63,884 nt of DNA, filler included, from 8 parts of 8 records of this genome joined end to end with filler, not necessarily neighbours in it; one strand, 5' to 3'. Shown: positions 41,526-53,201, counted from the whole stretch's first letter. A program made the numbers and translations. Notes: generated by a model from the letters alone, not told the origin.

Positions 41526-43405
41526 ATGTTAAACCAATCAAGAAAAGGCACAGGTATAAATATTCTTTTTCTGTTGATTTTGTTCATTTTCCTATTAACT
41601 GCTAAAGATTTTGCCCAAAAAATAAAGTCGGACATTCGCCAAAAGATCAAGGATGCAAGCAATGCATATCTTGAAGATTGGAAATACACGTGCAAAGAAA
41701 TTCAAACCGGTGCTGACCCCGGACTTGATGACTCTGATTGGGATATTGCAAAACCAAGAACCTACCGCGGAATGTATGCCTTTTTAGACGGGATTCTGTG
41801 TGCTGGTTAAGGAAGTCAATTGTCGTTCCCGATGTTTTATGGGGTGAAAAAGTTACAGGTGGTAAACTCTATCTCCATGCAAATGTTGGTGCAAAAGGCG
41901 AGATTTATCTGGATGGTAATCTTGTAACACGTTTTGAAGTTCCGTATGGAAGGTTTCAGCCCGAAGGACAAAAAGTAATATTAACCGAAGATGCAAATCC
42001 GGGCCAAAAGTTTCTAATAGCAATAAAAGCATTTAGTAATGGCCGCTATACCTGGTTGGCGGATGCGCAAATAGAATTTGGAACTTTCGAGCTCTCTGAT
42101 CAAATTGAAACTTACATTAAAGATTATGAAAAAGCTGATGAACTTGTACAAATCCGATCTAAACGACTGGAAACGAATTTACAATATGCTACTGACAAGC
42201 TTGATTTGAAAGCGATGAGCCAAGGTGATGCAGAGAGATTTAAAACATCATTGCAGGAATCGAATAAGGAATTAAATCTAATTGCCCAAAAAATGGAAGC
42301 TGAAGAGGCAAAAGAGCGACGCATAACCGTAAAAGAACATATCATTTTCGATGGATGGGAACAATACTCACTTGCAGTTGCTGCGACACTTGCAGAAGCT
42401 CCAAATGGAGACATACTCTGCTGCTGGATGTCAGGTAGCGGTGGGGAACCGGAAGCAGATAACTGTGTTCTTTTAGCTCGTTCCAAAGATAAAGGAAAAA
42501 CATGGAGTGAACCTATTGAGTGGATACCTGCTGGTGAGATGGCTTCAGCAGTTGGTGCGTTGTACACTACCGAGGACAAGGAGAGAATGATTTTTATCGG
42601 TTATTATATGCCAGCTGAAAAACATTATACGGAAGAATACTTTTTTCGCATGGAATCCAAAGACTCGGGGTATACATGGAGTGAACCGGAACGACAAACT
42701 CTACGAGCCAATAACGATGCAGTTACTACCCATAGCCCCATTAAACTTATGAATGGTGAATATTTATTTCCAGCGCAATTTTTTGAAAAAAGACCGAAAG
42801 CCCTTGTCGGTCCAGTTGAAAAGCTTGTTCAAGCAACGTCAGAAAAAGAGGCATTGGCCATACCAGCAGGAAAGGGAAGAAATCCGTACAAATTTGGCAC
42901 ACATTTACATGGTTGTTCGGTATTCATTAGCAAATATGAAGATGGTCGGGAAATGAAGGAATTTGGTCATATTGACAACCGACCCCTTGGACTACTTGAA
43001 CCAACGGCAATTCAGTTGAAGGATGGACGTATTGTAATGTTAATGCGCGCTGAATGGGGTGGATACTTGTGGCGGGCTGAAAGTAGTGATAATGGCCGAA
43101 CCTGGACAGATGCCTGGGAGACAGATATTCCGAATCCCACTAGTAAACCTTACATGATAAGGATGGATGACGGACGAATTGCTTTGATCCATAACGCTAC
43201 CGGCGAAAAAGGTACCTTTGGCAGAAGGGATCCAATGTCGATCTGGATAAGCGATGATGAAATGGAAACCTGGTCTATAAAAGAGGATGTTCTTCGTGGT
43301 GGTTCACTTGCTTATCCCAATGCCATAATGTTGGATGGTAGGCTGGTTTTTGGCTATGACCACAATAGACGAGCGGCAAGATTTGTAGAAGTTGAATTCA
43401 AGTAA
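41526..43405 (+). CDS. Sialidase-fold (BNR/Asp-box) protein with N-terminal sugar-binding-like domain; frameshift near 41790
   Basis: Asp-boxes SKDKGKTWS, SKDSGYTWS, SSDNGRTW, SDDEMETW; LLEP, LMR, AYP; signal peptide in upstream ORF. Confidence 0.8.
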
Positions 43406-43490
43406 TTTTTTAGCGCTCTGATATTTGTAATATAAATAATTTTTGCTCCCCTATTCGTATGTATAAAAGTTAAATAAGGAGGGAACAGAG

Positions 43491-44144
43491 ATGAAAAAGT
43501 TAGTTGTATTAATGGGATTATTACCATTAATATTCATTTTTCTGGCATGCGCAGGAAGCACTATGAAATTAGGTGAACCCAATGAGGACGGTATTCTCGT
43601 AATAGGCTCCGTACTGGTGGGTAGCGATGGTTTTCAGGATGTATATGAGAACTATCAAGCAGGAATTGAAGTCGTAATTGTCGGTCGTCATGATGAAAAC
43701 GGGAAATCGAAGCAAGCAGGTTATACAGTTTGGACCGACAAGAATGGGTACTTTTTTCTTCAGAATGTACCTGAAGGAGTGTTCGCTCTCAAAGGAATTA
43801 AGACGTTAATAGGGGGAGAATTCGGGCTAACAATTGCATCGGACTTGAAGAAAGCAGGGGATGTCTATTATGTTCAACCGGAAGAGCGTATTATGTTTAC
43901 AGGAGATTATTTTCCTCATAAAACAAATGGTCGCATATGTGATATGATGCATCATGTGTTTATGGTTCATCGTAATGGACAAATCGTACAGAATGCATTA
44001 CAAAAATCGGTGGAATTTGAGCTAGTGAGAGGAAAAAAATTTATTTTCCCTTACAATCACGAATATTTTCTTGAAAATTATCCTCTCAGTGGATGGCGAC
44101 AACATTTAGAACAAGGCCTCCAACGCATTAAAGAGTCCGAATAA
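43491..44144 (+). CDS. Hypothetical lipoprotein
   Basis: AGGAGG RBS; lipobox FLAC; TDKNGYFFLQNVPEG prealbumin/Ig-like motif. Confidence 0.7.
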   Translation: MKKLVVLMGLLPLIFIFLACAGSTMKLGEPNEDGILVIGSVLVGSDGFQDVYENYQAGIEVVIVGRHDENGKSKQAGYTVWTDKNGYFFLQNVPEGVFALKGIKTLIGGEFGLTIASDLKKAGDVYYVQPEERIMFTGDYFPHKTNGRICDMMHHVFMVHRNGQIVQNALQKSVEFELVRGKKFIFPYNHEYFLENYPLSGWRQHLEQGLQRIKESE

Positions 44145-44155
44145 TTAAAAAATAT

Positions 44156-45565
44156 ATGATTTTTCCAAGTACATCTACATTTAAAACTTTACTGGCTTTT
44201 GTCACATTTGTTTTAACTATCATAAATTCATGGTTTCATGTATTTGCAGGAGGCATATGCACGGAGTGCCCGAAAAATGTGGTTATAGTTGAGGAGCATT
44301 CCGAAGCGTTGTGTGAATGGTACAAAAACGAAATTAAAGACATGATACTTGTACATATCGATGCGCATCATGATTTTTACTCACCTCAAATAAAGATAGA
44401 GCATAACGTTTCGCGCCTCCGTGACCTCCTCGACAATTTTACTTGTGAACAAATTAAACCGAGAACCTTGAATCTTGTTCATACAGATGCGATTTATACG
44501 ATTGGAGACTTTATATATCCATCGTTTCAACTGGGAATTATTAAAGAATTATGGTGGGTAATTGCGAGTGACAAACCACTAAGCCTCTCGGAATTTGAAC
44601 CATTCAAACAATGGTTAAAGAATTATTGGGAATTTCCGGATAGCTTTATTCAGTCTCTCTCCTGGAAAGATCAGATTGTATGGGGAGAATTTGATGGAAT
44701 GCCAATTCGAATAGTACCTATACAAAACCTACCAACCTTTGATGAACCGGTTCTTTTGGATATAGATATCGACTATCTGTTTGAGCTTTATGACAGTCCA
44801 ATTAAACAAAGCATGATTCAATTATCGGAGTGGTTGTTCGAGATTATAAAGTCAAAAAGACTAGAAAGTGATTTTGTTACGATTGCTTGCTCAGTATTTG
44901 GTGGGCACATGCCATTGCGATTCAAATATGTGGCTGATTATCTTTATGATTTGATGTCAAATTCAAAAATATCGAATTCTTATTTTAAGAATTTGGAACT
45001 TCAGGCCAGCGTCGAGTATTTTGAATACACAATGGATTTTAAGAATGCCTTAAGTACAGCTAGTCGTCTTGTAGCTCTTCAGCCAAATTCTCCTGTTCCC
45101 GAATATAACCTCGCCCGAATTTATCTGGCTATGGACGAATTGGAACAAGCGATTGTTCATTTGGAAAAGGCTGTGAGAAAAGATTCATCCTACAAATATG
45201 GATATATTTCTCTTGCTGGAGAATTATCACAACATGGAAAAATGGATGAAATGAACTTACTGTTGAAGGAAGGTTATAACAGGTACTCGGATTTTATAGA
45301 TATAGGGATGCTATTTGCAAGCCATTGTAATAGTTTGGCAGATTACTTTTATGCCATTGAAATTTATAGCCATCTCATTAAGGTTGATGATCAAGTGCCT
45401 GAGCTTTATGCTGGATTAGCTCGTTCCCAATATTTAACAGGACTATTCGAAGAAGCTGGAAAAAATATTTTACGATACAAACAACTTGCTCATCACGGTA
45501 CAAAACGTTCTTTAATTATTCGGCAGTGGAAAGAATTGCAAAAAGGAATCAGCATAAAACGTTAA
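44156..45565 (+). CDS. UPF0489 (arginase-fold) protein with C-terminal TPR repeats
   Basis: VEEHSEA, LVHIDAHHD, LLDIDIDY metal-binding motifs; TPR helices (YNLARIY, YAGLARSQY). Confidence 0.75.
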   Translation: MIFPSTSTFKTLLAFVTFVLTIINSWFHVFAGGICTECPKNVVIVEEHSEALCEWYKNEIKDMILVHIDAHHDFYSPQIKIEHNVSRLRDLLDNFTCEQIKPRTLNLVHTDAIYTIGDFIYPSFQLGIIKELWWVIASDKPLSLSEFEPFKQWLKNYWEFPDSFIQSLSWKDQIVWGEFDGMPIRIVPIQNLPTFDEPVLLDIDIDYLFELYDSPIKQSMIQLSEWLFEIIKSKRLESDFVTIACSVFGGHMPLRFKYVADYLYDLMSNSKISNSYFKNLELQASVEYFEYTMDFKNALSTASRLVALQPNSPVPEYNLARIYLAMDELEQAIVHLEKAVRKDSSYKYGYISLAGELSQHGKMDEMNLLLKEGYNRYSDFIDIGMLFASHCNSLADYFYAIEIYSHLIKVDDQVPELYAGLARSQYLTGLFEEAGKNILRYKQLAHHGTKRSLIIRQWKELQKGISIKR

Positions 45566-45776
45566 AACTAGGAGAATTCAGGTTATCGTGGAGTGGATGA
45601 TAATCCTGTTTTACTGAATAAGAAGATTGCATAATAGTCATGTGGTTAATTTATCATAGTGAATCGTAATGGATGATGAAAGAATGACCTTTAAATGAGT
45701 TGTAAGCGAATTGTAGAATTAATTACAGAATTAGTCTTTTAACAATTATCATTAAAGTTATCAAATGGGTTGAGCT

Positions 45777-47198
45777 ATGAAAAGATTAAAAATAGTACTC
45801 ACTTTATTCATTACCATTATACCACTTTTTTCTTTATCTCATGCAGTGGAGATGAAAGCCGGGGTAGCAAAAGCCGTCATTACGAACAACAAACCAAGGG
45901 TAATGGTAAATGGCAGAGTTTCAGATGGCAAGTTACATGATATATATGCTCGTGCTTTAGTACTTAATGACAACTCTAAACGATTGGTTTTTATTACCTA
46001 TGATTTAAATTGTCTGGATGTTGCCACACCGATTCTTCGAACAAGGGTACGTGAAGAATTGAATATTGATCCTGCTTATTTAATTTTACTAGCCACCCAC
46101 AACCACAATGCACCTATCCAAATCGTGCCCGATAATTTTGATTATGGAAAGTGGCTGGCAAACCGCTTGTTTGAATTGATTCAAGAGGCAATAGCTAATG
46201 AGAAAGCCCCGGCACGCTTATTTTATGGAAACGGCTACGGATATTTTCTGGTCAGTACAGGAAATGCTCCGGTGGATTATGAGATTCAAGTTCTTAGGGT
46301 TATGGTCGATGGCCATTTAACAGCTTTTCTTTTTAATCATCCAACTCATCCTCTTCAATCTGCATATGATCCCATTGACGTTGGACATCCCGGTTATGCC
46401 ATGGATGAATTGGAGAAACGCTATCCCGGTGCTATTGCTCTTTATGGGGATGCATGCGGAGGTAATCAATTTCCCGAGGGAGTTAAAGACGATGTGAAGC
46501 TTTATAACGCAGGTTTGGAACGTGTGAAAACAATTGGGCACAAGCTCGCTGCAGAGGTATCCAATATTCTTGAAGAGCCTATGGAAGAAGTTACCGGCTC
46601 ATTTTCCAGTAAACTGGAGACGCTATCACTACCCTTGGGTTCGCCCATTGGTCGGGAGGAAGCACTGGCTTTAGCAAAAAAAGTCTCTAGCGATGTAGGT
46701 TTTGTTCCATATCCTCACCCTAATCGCGACACGAATTGGGTGAGAATGCTTTTACGCTACTATGATGAGGGAATTCCTTTTCCGAAAAAGACAACAGATA
46801 TGGTTTGTTCGGATGATACATATCTCATTCATAAGCAAGATGCCGAATTCCTTCAGCAGTACGACAATAGCATAAATGACAAGTTTCCTTGTATATATGA
46901 AGAGGTTATTGTCTCACAGATTGGACAAATGGCGTTAGTGGCCATGCAGGGAGAGGTATGTGCACCTATTGGCGCTCGAATAAAAGATGCTTTTCGTCTC
47001 CAAAGGCCCATTATGGTATTCGGTTATATGGGTGAACACAATCTCTACATTCCTACTCGAGAACTTGTGCGTCAAAATGCATATCAGGCAAAGACTATTC
47101 AAATTCAGTATGCTTCACCTGTTGGCTGGGCCCCAGAGGTAGAAGATGAAACGGTGAATAAAGTTATTCACCTGGTCAAATCAATGACAAAAGAATGA
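45777..47198 (+). CDS. Neutral/alkaline ceramidase-like protein
   Basis: AGVAKAVIT, HDIYARALVL, ATHNHNAP, HPTHP, GDACGGNQ, GEV. Confidence 0.75.
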   Translation: MKRLKIVLTLFITIIPLFSLSHAVEMKAGVAKAVITNNKPRVMVNGRVSDGKLHDIYARALVLNDNSKRLVFITYDLNCLDVATPILRTRVREELNIDPAYLILLATHNHNAPIQIVPDNFDYGKWLANRLFELIQEAIANEKAPARLFYGNGYGYFLVSTGNAPVDYEIQVLRVMVDGHLTAFLFNHPTHPLQSAYDPIDVGHPGYAMDELEKRYPGAIALYGDACGGNQFPEGVKDDVKLYNAGLERVKTIGHKLAAEVSNILEEPMEEVTGSFSSKLETLSLPLGSPIGREEALALAKKVSSDVGFVPYPHPNRDTNWVRMLLRYYDEGIPFPKKTTDMVCSDDTYLIHKQDAEFLQQYDNSINDKFPCIYEEVIVSQIGQMALVAMQGEVCAPIGARIKDAFRLQRPIMVFGYMGEHNLYIPTRELVRQNAYQAKTIQIQYASPVGWAPEVEDETVNKVIHLVKSMTKE

Positions 47199-47274
47199 TG
47201 AATTATCTTAGTCGAGTGGCATATCATTAAAATCGTATATCATTTTTAAACCGATTTAAATCAGGAGAATTTTT

Positions 47275-48530
47275 ATGCGTTATTACAATATCTTGCTTAT
47301 AGTCGGGCTGTGTTTGATGATCTCTGAAGAGAGCAGTGCGCTTTTAAGGGCAGGTGTGGGCAAAACAAATATTACCCCTCCGATAGGCGGCAGTATGTAT
47401 GGATACTCAGCCCGTGGTAAGAATGTATCAGTTGGTGTACACGATTCTTTATATGCCAGAGCACTCGCTTTAGATGACGGCAGTACCAGGTTGGCAATCT
47501 GTTCTTTGGATATTGGTACGATCGATGCAGAAATGACAGCCAATATCAGACAAATGGTTTCTGAGGAGACCGGTATTCAGAACACGATAATAACTTTTTC
47601 GCATACCCATTCAGGCCCAACGATTAAGAGAGATTTTCCTTCCAGTGAATCACCATGGATAGTTGAAGCAGAAAGGAAAATCGTAGACGCAATAGTCAGT
47701 GCTGATAAAAATCTTACTAAAGCACGCTTTGGAGTAGGTTGGGGAAAAGTGTGTGAAGGTCACAATCGTAGAATTGTTTGCACAAATGGTAAAGTGCTAA
47801 TGTATTGGGCTAATCGCGAGCGAATCCCGACCAGTCCAGTAGATTATCAACTGGCGGTCATTCGTATCGAGGACATGGATAAAAAATCTATTGCTAATCT
47901 TTACAATTTCACGTGTCATCCTGTTGTGCTCGGGCCAGAAAATTTATTGATTTCCGCTGATTATCCGTATGAAGTTGCCAGGCAGGTAGAAAGCGCGATA
48001 GGCGGACAATGTATGTTTTTCAGGGCGCCGCTGGAGACATTAATCCTTTTTGGGATAAGACACCACCTGATGAGGGTGCTTATGAAGCCATGGAAAAAAT
48101 GGGCAAGGCAATCGCCGATCAGGTTGTAAAGATATCAAAGCAAATCGTTGAATTTGAAGACGACGCGAAAATCTCTTTTGGATCCAAGCTTATACCACTT
48201 GCTTCACGATCCGGTATGGAACGCAAAAGTAAAACTTTTAAAGCCGAACTCAACACTGTCCTAATTGGTAAGGATTTGGCGATAGCCACGTTTCCCGGTG
48301 AGTTCTTTGTCGAGCATGGATTGTCTCTAAAAAAACGCAGTCAAATCAAGAATACTATTTTTGTTGGTTATTGCAACGATAATCTTCGCTATTTTCCTAC
48401 CATCCAGGCTTGTGCCGAAGGAGGGTATGGTGCCTCATCTGCCACTATGGTTGAAGTTGGTGCTGGTGAGCTCCTTGTTAACCAGGCCATAATTAGTTTA
48501 TATTTTCAAGCTGGTCTCATTGCCGATTAG
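47275..48530 (+). CDS. Neutral/alkaline ceramidase-like protein; frameshift at T5 run near 48018
   Basis: HDSLYARAL, SHTHSGP, HNRR, CHPV, ISADYP, QGAAGDINP, PGEFF. Confidence 0.85.
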
Positions 48531-48860
48531 TTCAGGGTAATCTGAGTAATTAACCACAAATTTCAGGAGTTTGAGCACATTTAGGTAGAATTCGAAATAA
48601 ATAAGAAGGAAAGATAATGGGGAGAATCAAATAGTCTTGAGCATGCGAAAAAGGATATTTTTATTAGAAGGAATGAACATAATCAACAAGATTAAACGAG
48701 ACATCTTTGAATGAAAAACGGGATACTTTTAAGATGATTCTGCAAAATTTATTGTGCTGATCAATAGTTTGCTCGCTGATAATAAAACGAGGATAACTTG
48801 TTTTCTGAAAATGTTTGAAATAATTATTTTTATGTGGATAAATTTTAAGGATTGATGATA

Positions 48861-50345
48861 ATGAATATACCAAATTATACAAGACGTGATTTTTTGAAAG
48901 GTCTCGGATCCGCAATGGCACTATGTTCATTGCCCAATTTGCTTAGGGCAAATGAATCATCAGCGGAGAAATGGAATATTGTTTTTATTGTTGCAGATGA
49001 TCTGGGTTGGACAGACCTGAGTTGTTATGGTAGTGATCTTCATGAAACACCGAACATAGATAAACTGGCCACTCAAGGCATGAGTTTTAGTGATGCCTAT
49101 GCTGCCGCCCCGGTTTGCACTCCAACAAGGGCTTCGATTATGACTGGTAAATACCCGGCAAGGCTTCATATGACCACCTGGCGTGAGAATTCGAAAGATC
49201 CGACTCGGAAACGTCAGCTCATCCCGCCAATTACTGAAAGCGATCTTTCTTTAGATCAAGTAACAATTGCTAAAGTACTCAAAGAAGCTGGTTACTTCAC
49301 AGCTCATGTAGGGAAATGGCACCTGGGTGATGCTTCACATTACCCTGATGCTCATGGATTCGATATTAATGTCGGTGGTACACATTGGGGAGCACCAGAG
49401 ACATATTTTTATCCTTATCGAGGTAGGCATGGAAAAGATTTACGCTATGTTCCCGATTTAGAGTCTGGGAACGAAAATGAAAATGCCTACTTGACGGACC
49501 GTTTGACAGATGAAGCTTTAAAGATAATTGAAGCGGTCCGGAACATACCCTTTTTTCTTCACCTTTCATATCATACAGTCCATACTCCCATAGAAGGTAA
49601 ACCAGAATTAGTTGAACATTTTCGCAAGAAAGTTAAACCTGATATGCTTCATCAGCATTATGAATATGCTGCCATGGCCTATAGTCTTGATGAGAATGTC
49701 GGTCGAGTGCTGACTAAAATTGACAAGCTTGGTCTTGCTGATCGCACAATTGTCATTTTTTATTCAGATAATGGTGGACGCATCGGTAGGTATGGTAAAT
49801 GGAAGACTGTTGCTAACAATACTCCTCTACGCTCCGGAAAGGGATCCTTATACGAAGGCGGAATTCGTGTACCCCTGATTATTCGTTGGCCGGGTGTAAC
49901 AAAGCCAGGTAGCAAATGTCATCAGCCAGTAACTTCATATGATTTTTACCCAACGATACTGGAAATACTTGGCCTAACTGGTGACGCTAAACACAATGCT
50001 AATATGGACGGTATCAGTTTTCTCCCACTTTTGAAGGAACCCTCTGGCAAACTCAAGCGCAGTACCTTGTATTGGCACTATCCACATTACTACCGCACAA
50101 CAAGTCCTGTAAGCGCATTGCGCCAGGACGAATGGAAATTACTGGAGTACTTTGAGGATAATCACGTTGAACTCTATAATCTTGCTAAGGATTTAGGAGA
50201 AAGCGATAATTTGGCAAATAAAATACCTGAAAAAGCTGAAGAACTGAGACAAAAACTGGCATCATGGCGAGAACAGGTCAATGCACAAATGCCAAATTCC
50301 AATCCCGATTTCGATCCAAATCAAGCGAATACAAGAAGTTGGTAA
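48861..50345 (+). CDS. Tat-exported Cys-type sulfatase
   Basis: TRRDFLK signal; ADDLG, CTPTR formylglycine motif, GKWHLG, SDNGG. Confidence 0.95.
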   Translation: MNIPNYTRRDFLKGLGSAMALCSLPNLLRANESSAEKWNIVFIVADDLGWTDLSCYGSDLHETPNIDKLATQGMSFSDAYAAAPVCTPTRASIMTGKYPARLHMTTWRENSKDPTRKRQLIPPITESDLSLDQVTIAKVLKEAGYFTAHVGKWHLGDASHYPDAHGFDINVGGTHWGAPETYFYPYRGRHGKDLRYVPDLESGNENENAYLTDRLTDEALKIIEAVRNIPFFLHLSYHTVHTPIEGKPELVEHFRKKVKPDMLHQHYEYAAMAYSLDENVGRVLTKIDKLGLADRTIVIFYSDNGGRIGRYGKWKTVANNTPLRSGKGSLYEGGIRVPLIIRWPGVTKPGSKCHQPVTSYDFYPTILEILGLTGDAKHNANMDGISFLPLLKEPSGKLKRSTLYWHYPHYYRTTSPVSALRQDEWKLLEYFEDNHVELYNLAKDLGESDNLANKIPEKAEELRQKLASWREQVNAQMPNSNPDFDPNQANTRSW

Positions 50346-50471
50346 TGATCATAAAGAATGAGGTTTAAATTATAAAAAATACAGTCCTTTAAGGTGGAAT
50401 TGCAAAATTAAAAAATCACTGTTGATTTACATACAGGATTTTAAAAAATTGCATAATGAAGGAATTTTAAC

Positions 50472-51546
50472 ATGCGAATTTTATGGCAAGCAGTGCCGGC
50501 TCTTTGTTTAGCTTTCTCTTTGCTGAATTCCCATAGAAGCATGGCCCTTGAAATGCCAAAGGAAAAAGAATATACAAATTCTATTGAAATGAAATTCGTG
50601 CGCATCGAGGTGGGTGAATTCCTCATGGGAGTGAGTGACAGGCTATTACCTGGTGACTTGAGACGCCCTTTTGATAATCAAGAGCAGAGATCTGGTACAC
50701 CTCATCGTCGTTATGGCGATTTTGATGAATGGCCGCGGCACAAAGTTACGATTAGCAAGCCCTTTTACATTGGTGTGTACGAAGTAACTAATATGCAATA
50801 TGAACAATTCGATCCCACACATCGGGATCTTCGGGGAAAATATGGCTTTTCAAGGGCAGATAGCGAAGCAGTCATATTTGTGAATTGGTATGAGGCCGTG
50901 AGGTTTTGTGAGTGGTTAACTAAAAAAGAAGGCCTCCCGTACCGTTTACTAACGGAAGCAGAATGGGAATATGCGTGTCGTGCGGGAACCATGACACCTT
51001 TTCATACAGGTGAAGAACTTCCCGAGATATTCAATAAGAATGCAAAGCAAACATGGTATCCGAATGAGGGGCGAGATGCTGATGGTAATATGATTTCGCT
51101 TCAGGTTGGTCAGACGCCTGTGAATGCCTGGGGAGTGTTTGACATGCACGGGAATGTTGAAGAATGGTGTTACGACTGGTACGGCCCCTATGAAGTGGGT
51201 GAGCAAGTAGATCCTGTCGGTCGTGCTAATGGCGATTTTCGTGTCACAAGAGGTGGCAGTCATTCAACGGAATTATACTATCTGCGCTCTGCAAACCGCA
51301 TGGGAACGTTACCCAATGATAAGAATTGGTTAATCGGATTTCGCGTTGTATTAGGTGAGAAGCCGGATACGGAGCCACTACCCGCAGTTGCATTGCAACC
51401 GTACCAACAAGATGTTCATCAAAGCGTTCCCTCTTCTCTTCGTCAGGGTCCTGATCCGAATAAACCGTATTTTAAAGGGCCACGGAAATACGTGAAAATA
51501 CCGCCAAATTCATTTGGCCCATTATTTAACAATCACAATCATGATC
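50472..51546 (+). CDS. FGE-sulfatase (SUMF1-like) domain protein, contig-truncated
   Basis: EVTN.QY, RLLTEAEWEYACRAG, DMHGNVEEW, RGGS, IGFRV; extra domain begins at C-terminus. Confidence 0.88.
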
Positions 51547-51646
51547 NNNNNNNNNNNNNNNNNNNNNNNNNNNNNNNNNNNNNNNNNNNNTTAATTAATT
51601 AANNNNNNNNNNNNNNNNNNNNNNNNNNNNNNNNNNNNNNNNNNNN

Positions 51647-51678
51647 AAATTAGATACTGATTCAATGCTTAAACTCAT
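51647..51678 (-). CDS. Start of gene after flgC, probably fliE (truncated)
   Basis: AGGAGG RBS, MSLSIESVSN; position in canonical flgB-flgC-fliE order. Confidence 0.45.
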
Positions 51679-51684
51679 TTATTA

Positions 51685-52125
51685 CTACCTCCCTATTTCC
51701 AATGCTTTCAAATACATTTCTTTGCTTGCATTAAGCGCTGTAACATTGGCTTCATAAGAACGCGACGCCGACATCATATCTACCATCTCTGTTACAACCT
51801 CAACGTTTGGTTTTTCAACATACCCCTCTTCATTTGCATCAGGGTGATCAGGGTCATATTCAAGCTTAAATGATGATGGGTCTTCAATAACCTCAGAAAC
51901 CCTAACGCCCCCTGTCGCCGAAGCTCCGGTTGCATTAGATAATGCGGTTGAAAAAGAGTCCGTTGAATCTACCTGTTCAAAAACAGTAACCCTTCTACGA
52001 TATGCCTCACCATCTTCTGTTCTTGTAGTATCTATGTTAGCAATATTCTCAGCGATAACATCCATCCTAAAACGTTGTGCACTTAATCCTGATGCACTTA
52101 TATCCATGGCTTTAAACATATCCAT
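51685..52125 (-). CDS. flgC: Flagellar basal-body rod protein FlgC
   Basis: ISASGLSAQRFRMDVIAENIAN, YDPDHPDA, PNV..VTEMVDMMSASRSYEANV. Confidence 0.97.
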   Translation of the reverse strand: MDMFKAMDISASGLSAQRFRMDVIAENIANIDTTRTEDGEAYRRRVTVFEQVDSTDSFSTALSNATGASATGGVRVSEVIEDPSSFKLEYDPDHPDANEEGYVEKPNVEVVTEMVDMMSASRSYEANVTALNASKEMYLKALEIGR

Positions 52126-52131
52126 TTATCA

Positions 52132-52506
52132 TCAACCACCTTCCGTAATAGCTGTTCGAAGCTGACTAAACTCGCTGTTAAGCTTTTCTAATAACGCATA
52201 ATATTGTATGTTGTTTTCAGCCAATCTCGCCATTTCATTTTCTACATCAACATTATTACCATCCATGCGCATAGTGGTTTCAGTATCCGTAACCACTTGA
52301 GCTTTTATCTCCCCGCTACCAATTTTCTCAACCAAATCTTCATCATCAATAGCAGCCTTAACATAGTCCTCAAATTCAACACTTGACGCCTTAAAGTTAG
52401 GCGTGTCAGCATTTGCAATGTTATTTGAAATCACTTCATTTCTTAACATGCATGCATCTAATCCTGTTTGCAGTGCGTTTACTGAATCAAACATAGAACT
52501 TGACAT
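52132..52506 (-). CDS. flgB: Flagellar basal-body rod protein FlgB
   Basis: RNEVISNNIANADTPNFKA, RMDGNNVDVENEM. Confidence 0.97.
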   Translation of the reverse strand: MSSSMFDSVNALQTGLDACMLRNEVISNNIANADTPNFKASSVEFEDYVKAAIDDEDLVEKIGSGEIKAQVVTDTETTMRMDGNNVDVENEMARLAENNIQYYALLEKLNSEFSQLRTAITEGG

Positions 52507-52521
52507 AATAACCTCCTCCTT

Positions 52522-53190
52522 TTATACGGCTCTTGTGTATCCGAAGCTTTCAGCGTTTTTTAACACCTTGTTAGCATAATTTTGTTTCTCAGATGATAAC
52601 GAATCATACTTTTCGCTTGCAGTATCTCCCTCAGTCATACGAGCTACGTTCCCTGGTCCATGATTATACGCCGTCAACGCTAACTCCACATTGCCGTCAT
52701 ATTTATCTAATAACTGCTTTAAATACTTAACGCCTCCATCAATATTTTGCGCCGGATCAAATGAATCACTTACGCCTAATCCTTCGGCAGTAGCAGGCAT
52801 AAGTTGCATTAATCCTTGTGCATTACAACTTGATACTGCGTTTGTATTAAACCCAGACTCTGTTTTAATTAACCCTTTAATTAAAGATGCAGGTATTGAA
52901 TATTTCTGTGATGCTTGCATAATCAAGCTGTCATATTGCGATGAACTCGATGTCGTTTCACATAAATTTTGTAAGTCCCCCGTACTATCAAGCTCGTTCG
53001 TGCTTTGTGTGTTAGATAGCGCACTTAACAGCATGGCTTCAAAATTAACTCCATAACTGGTATCCGTTTGCTGTGATTCTGCACTAATATTGCTAGTAAT
53101 TTGAGTATTAAAACTTTCATTTAACTTAGTCTGATAAAGACTTTGTACCATGTCCCATTTCGTTTTCCAAGCCGCTTCAACACTATTCAT
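52522..53190 (-). CDS. Lytic transglycosylase (SLT/GH23) in flagellar operon
   Basis: IKTESGF, AQGLMQLMP, FDPAQNIDGG, AYNHGPG. Confidence 0.92.
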   Translation of the reverse strand: MNSVEAAWKTKWDMVQSLYQTKLNESFNTQITSNISAESQQTDTSYGVNFEAMLLSALSNTQSTNELDSTGDLQNLCETTSSSSQYDSLIMQASQKYSIPASLIKGLIKTESGFNTNAVSSCNAQGLMQLMPATAEGLGVSDSFDPAQNIDGGVKYLKQLLDKYDGNVELALTAYNHGPGNVARMTEGDTASEKYDSLSSEKQNYANKVLKNAESFGYTRAV

Positions 53191-53201
53191 TAATATACCT
53201 C

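Noticed and set aside
50393-50405. GGTGGAATTGCAA shared with 19053-19065
   Set aside because: Only 13 bp, on different contigs, and lacks the TGGACA part; could be chance.
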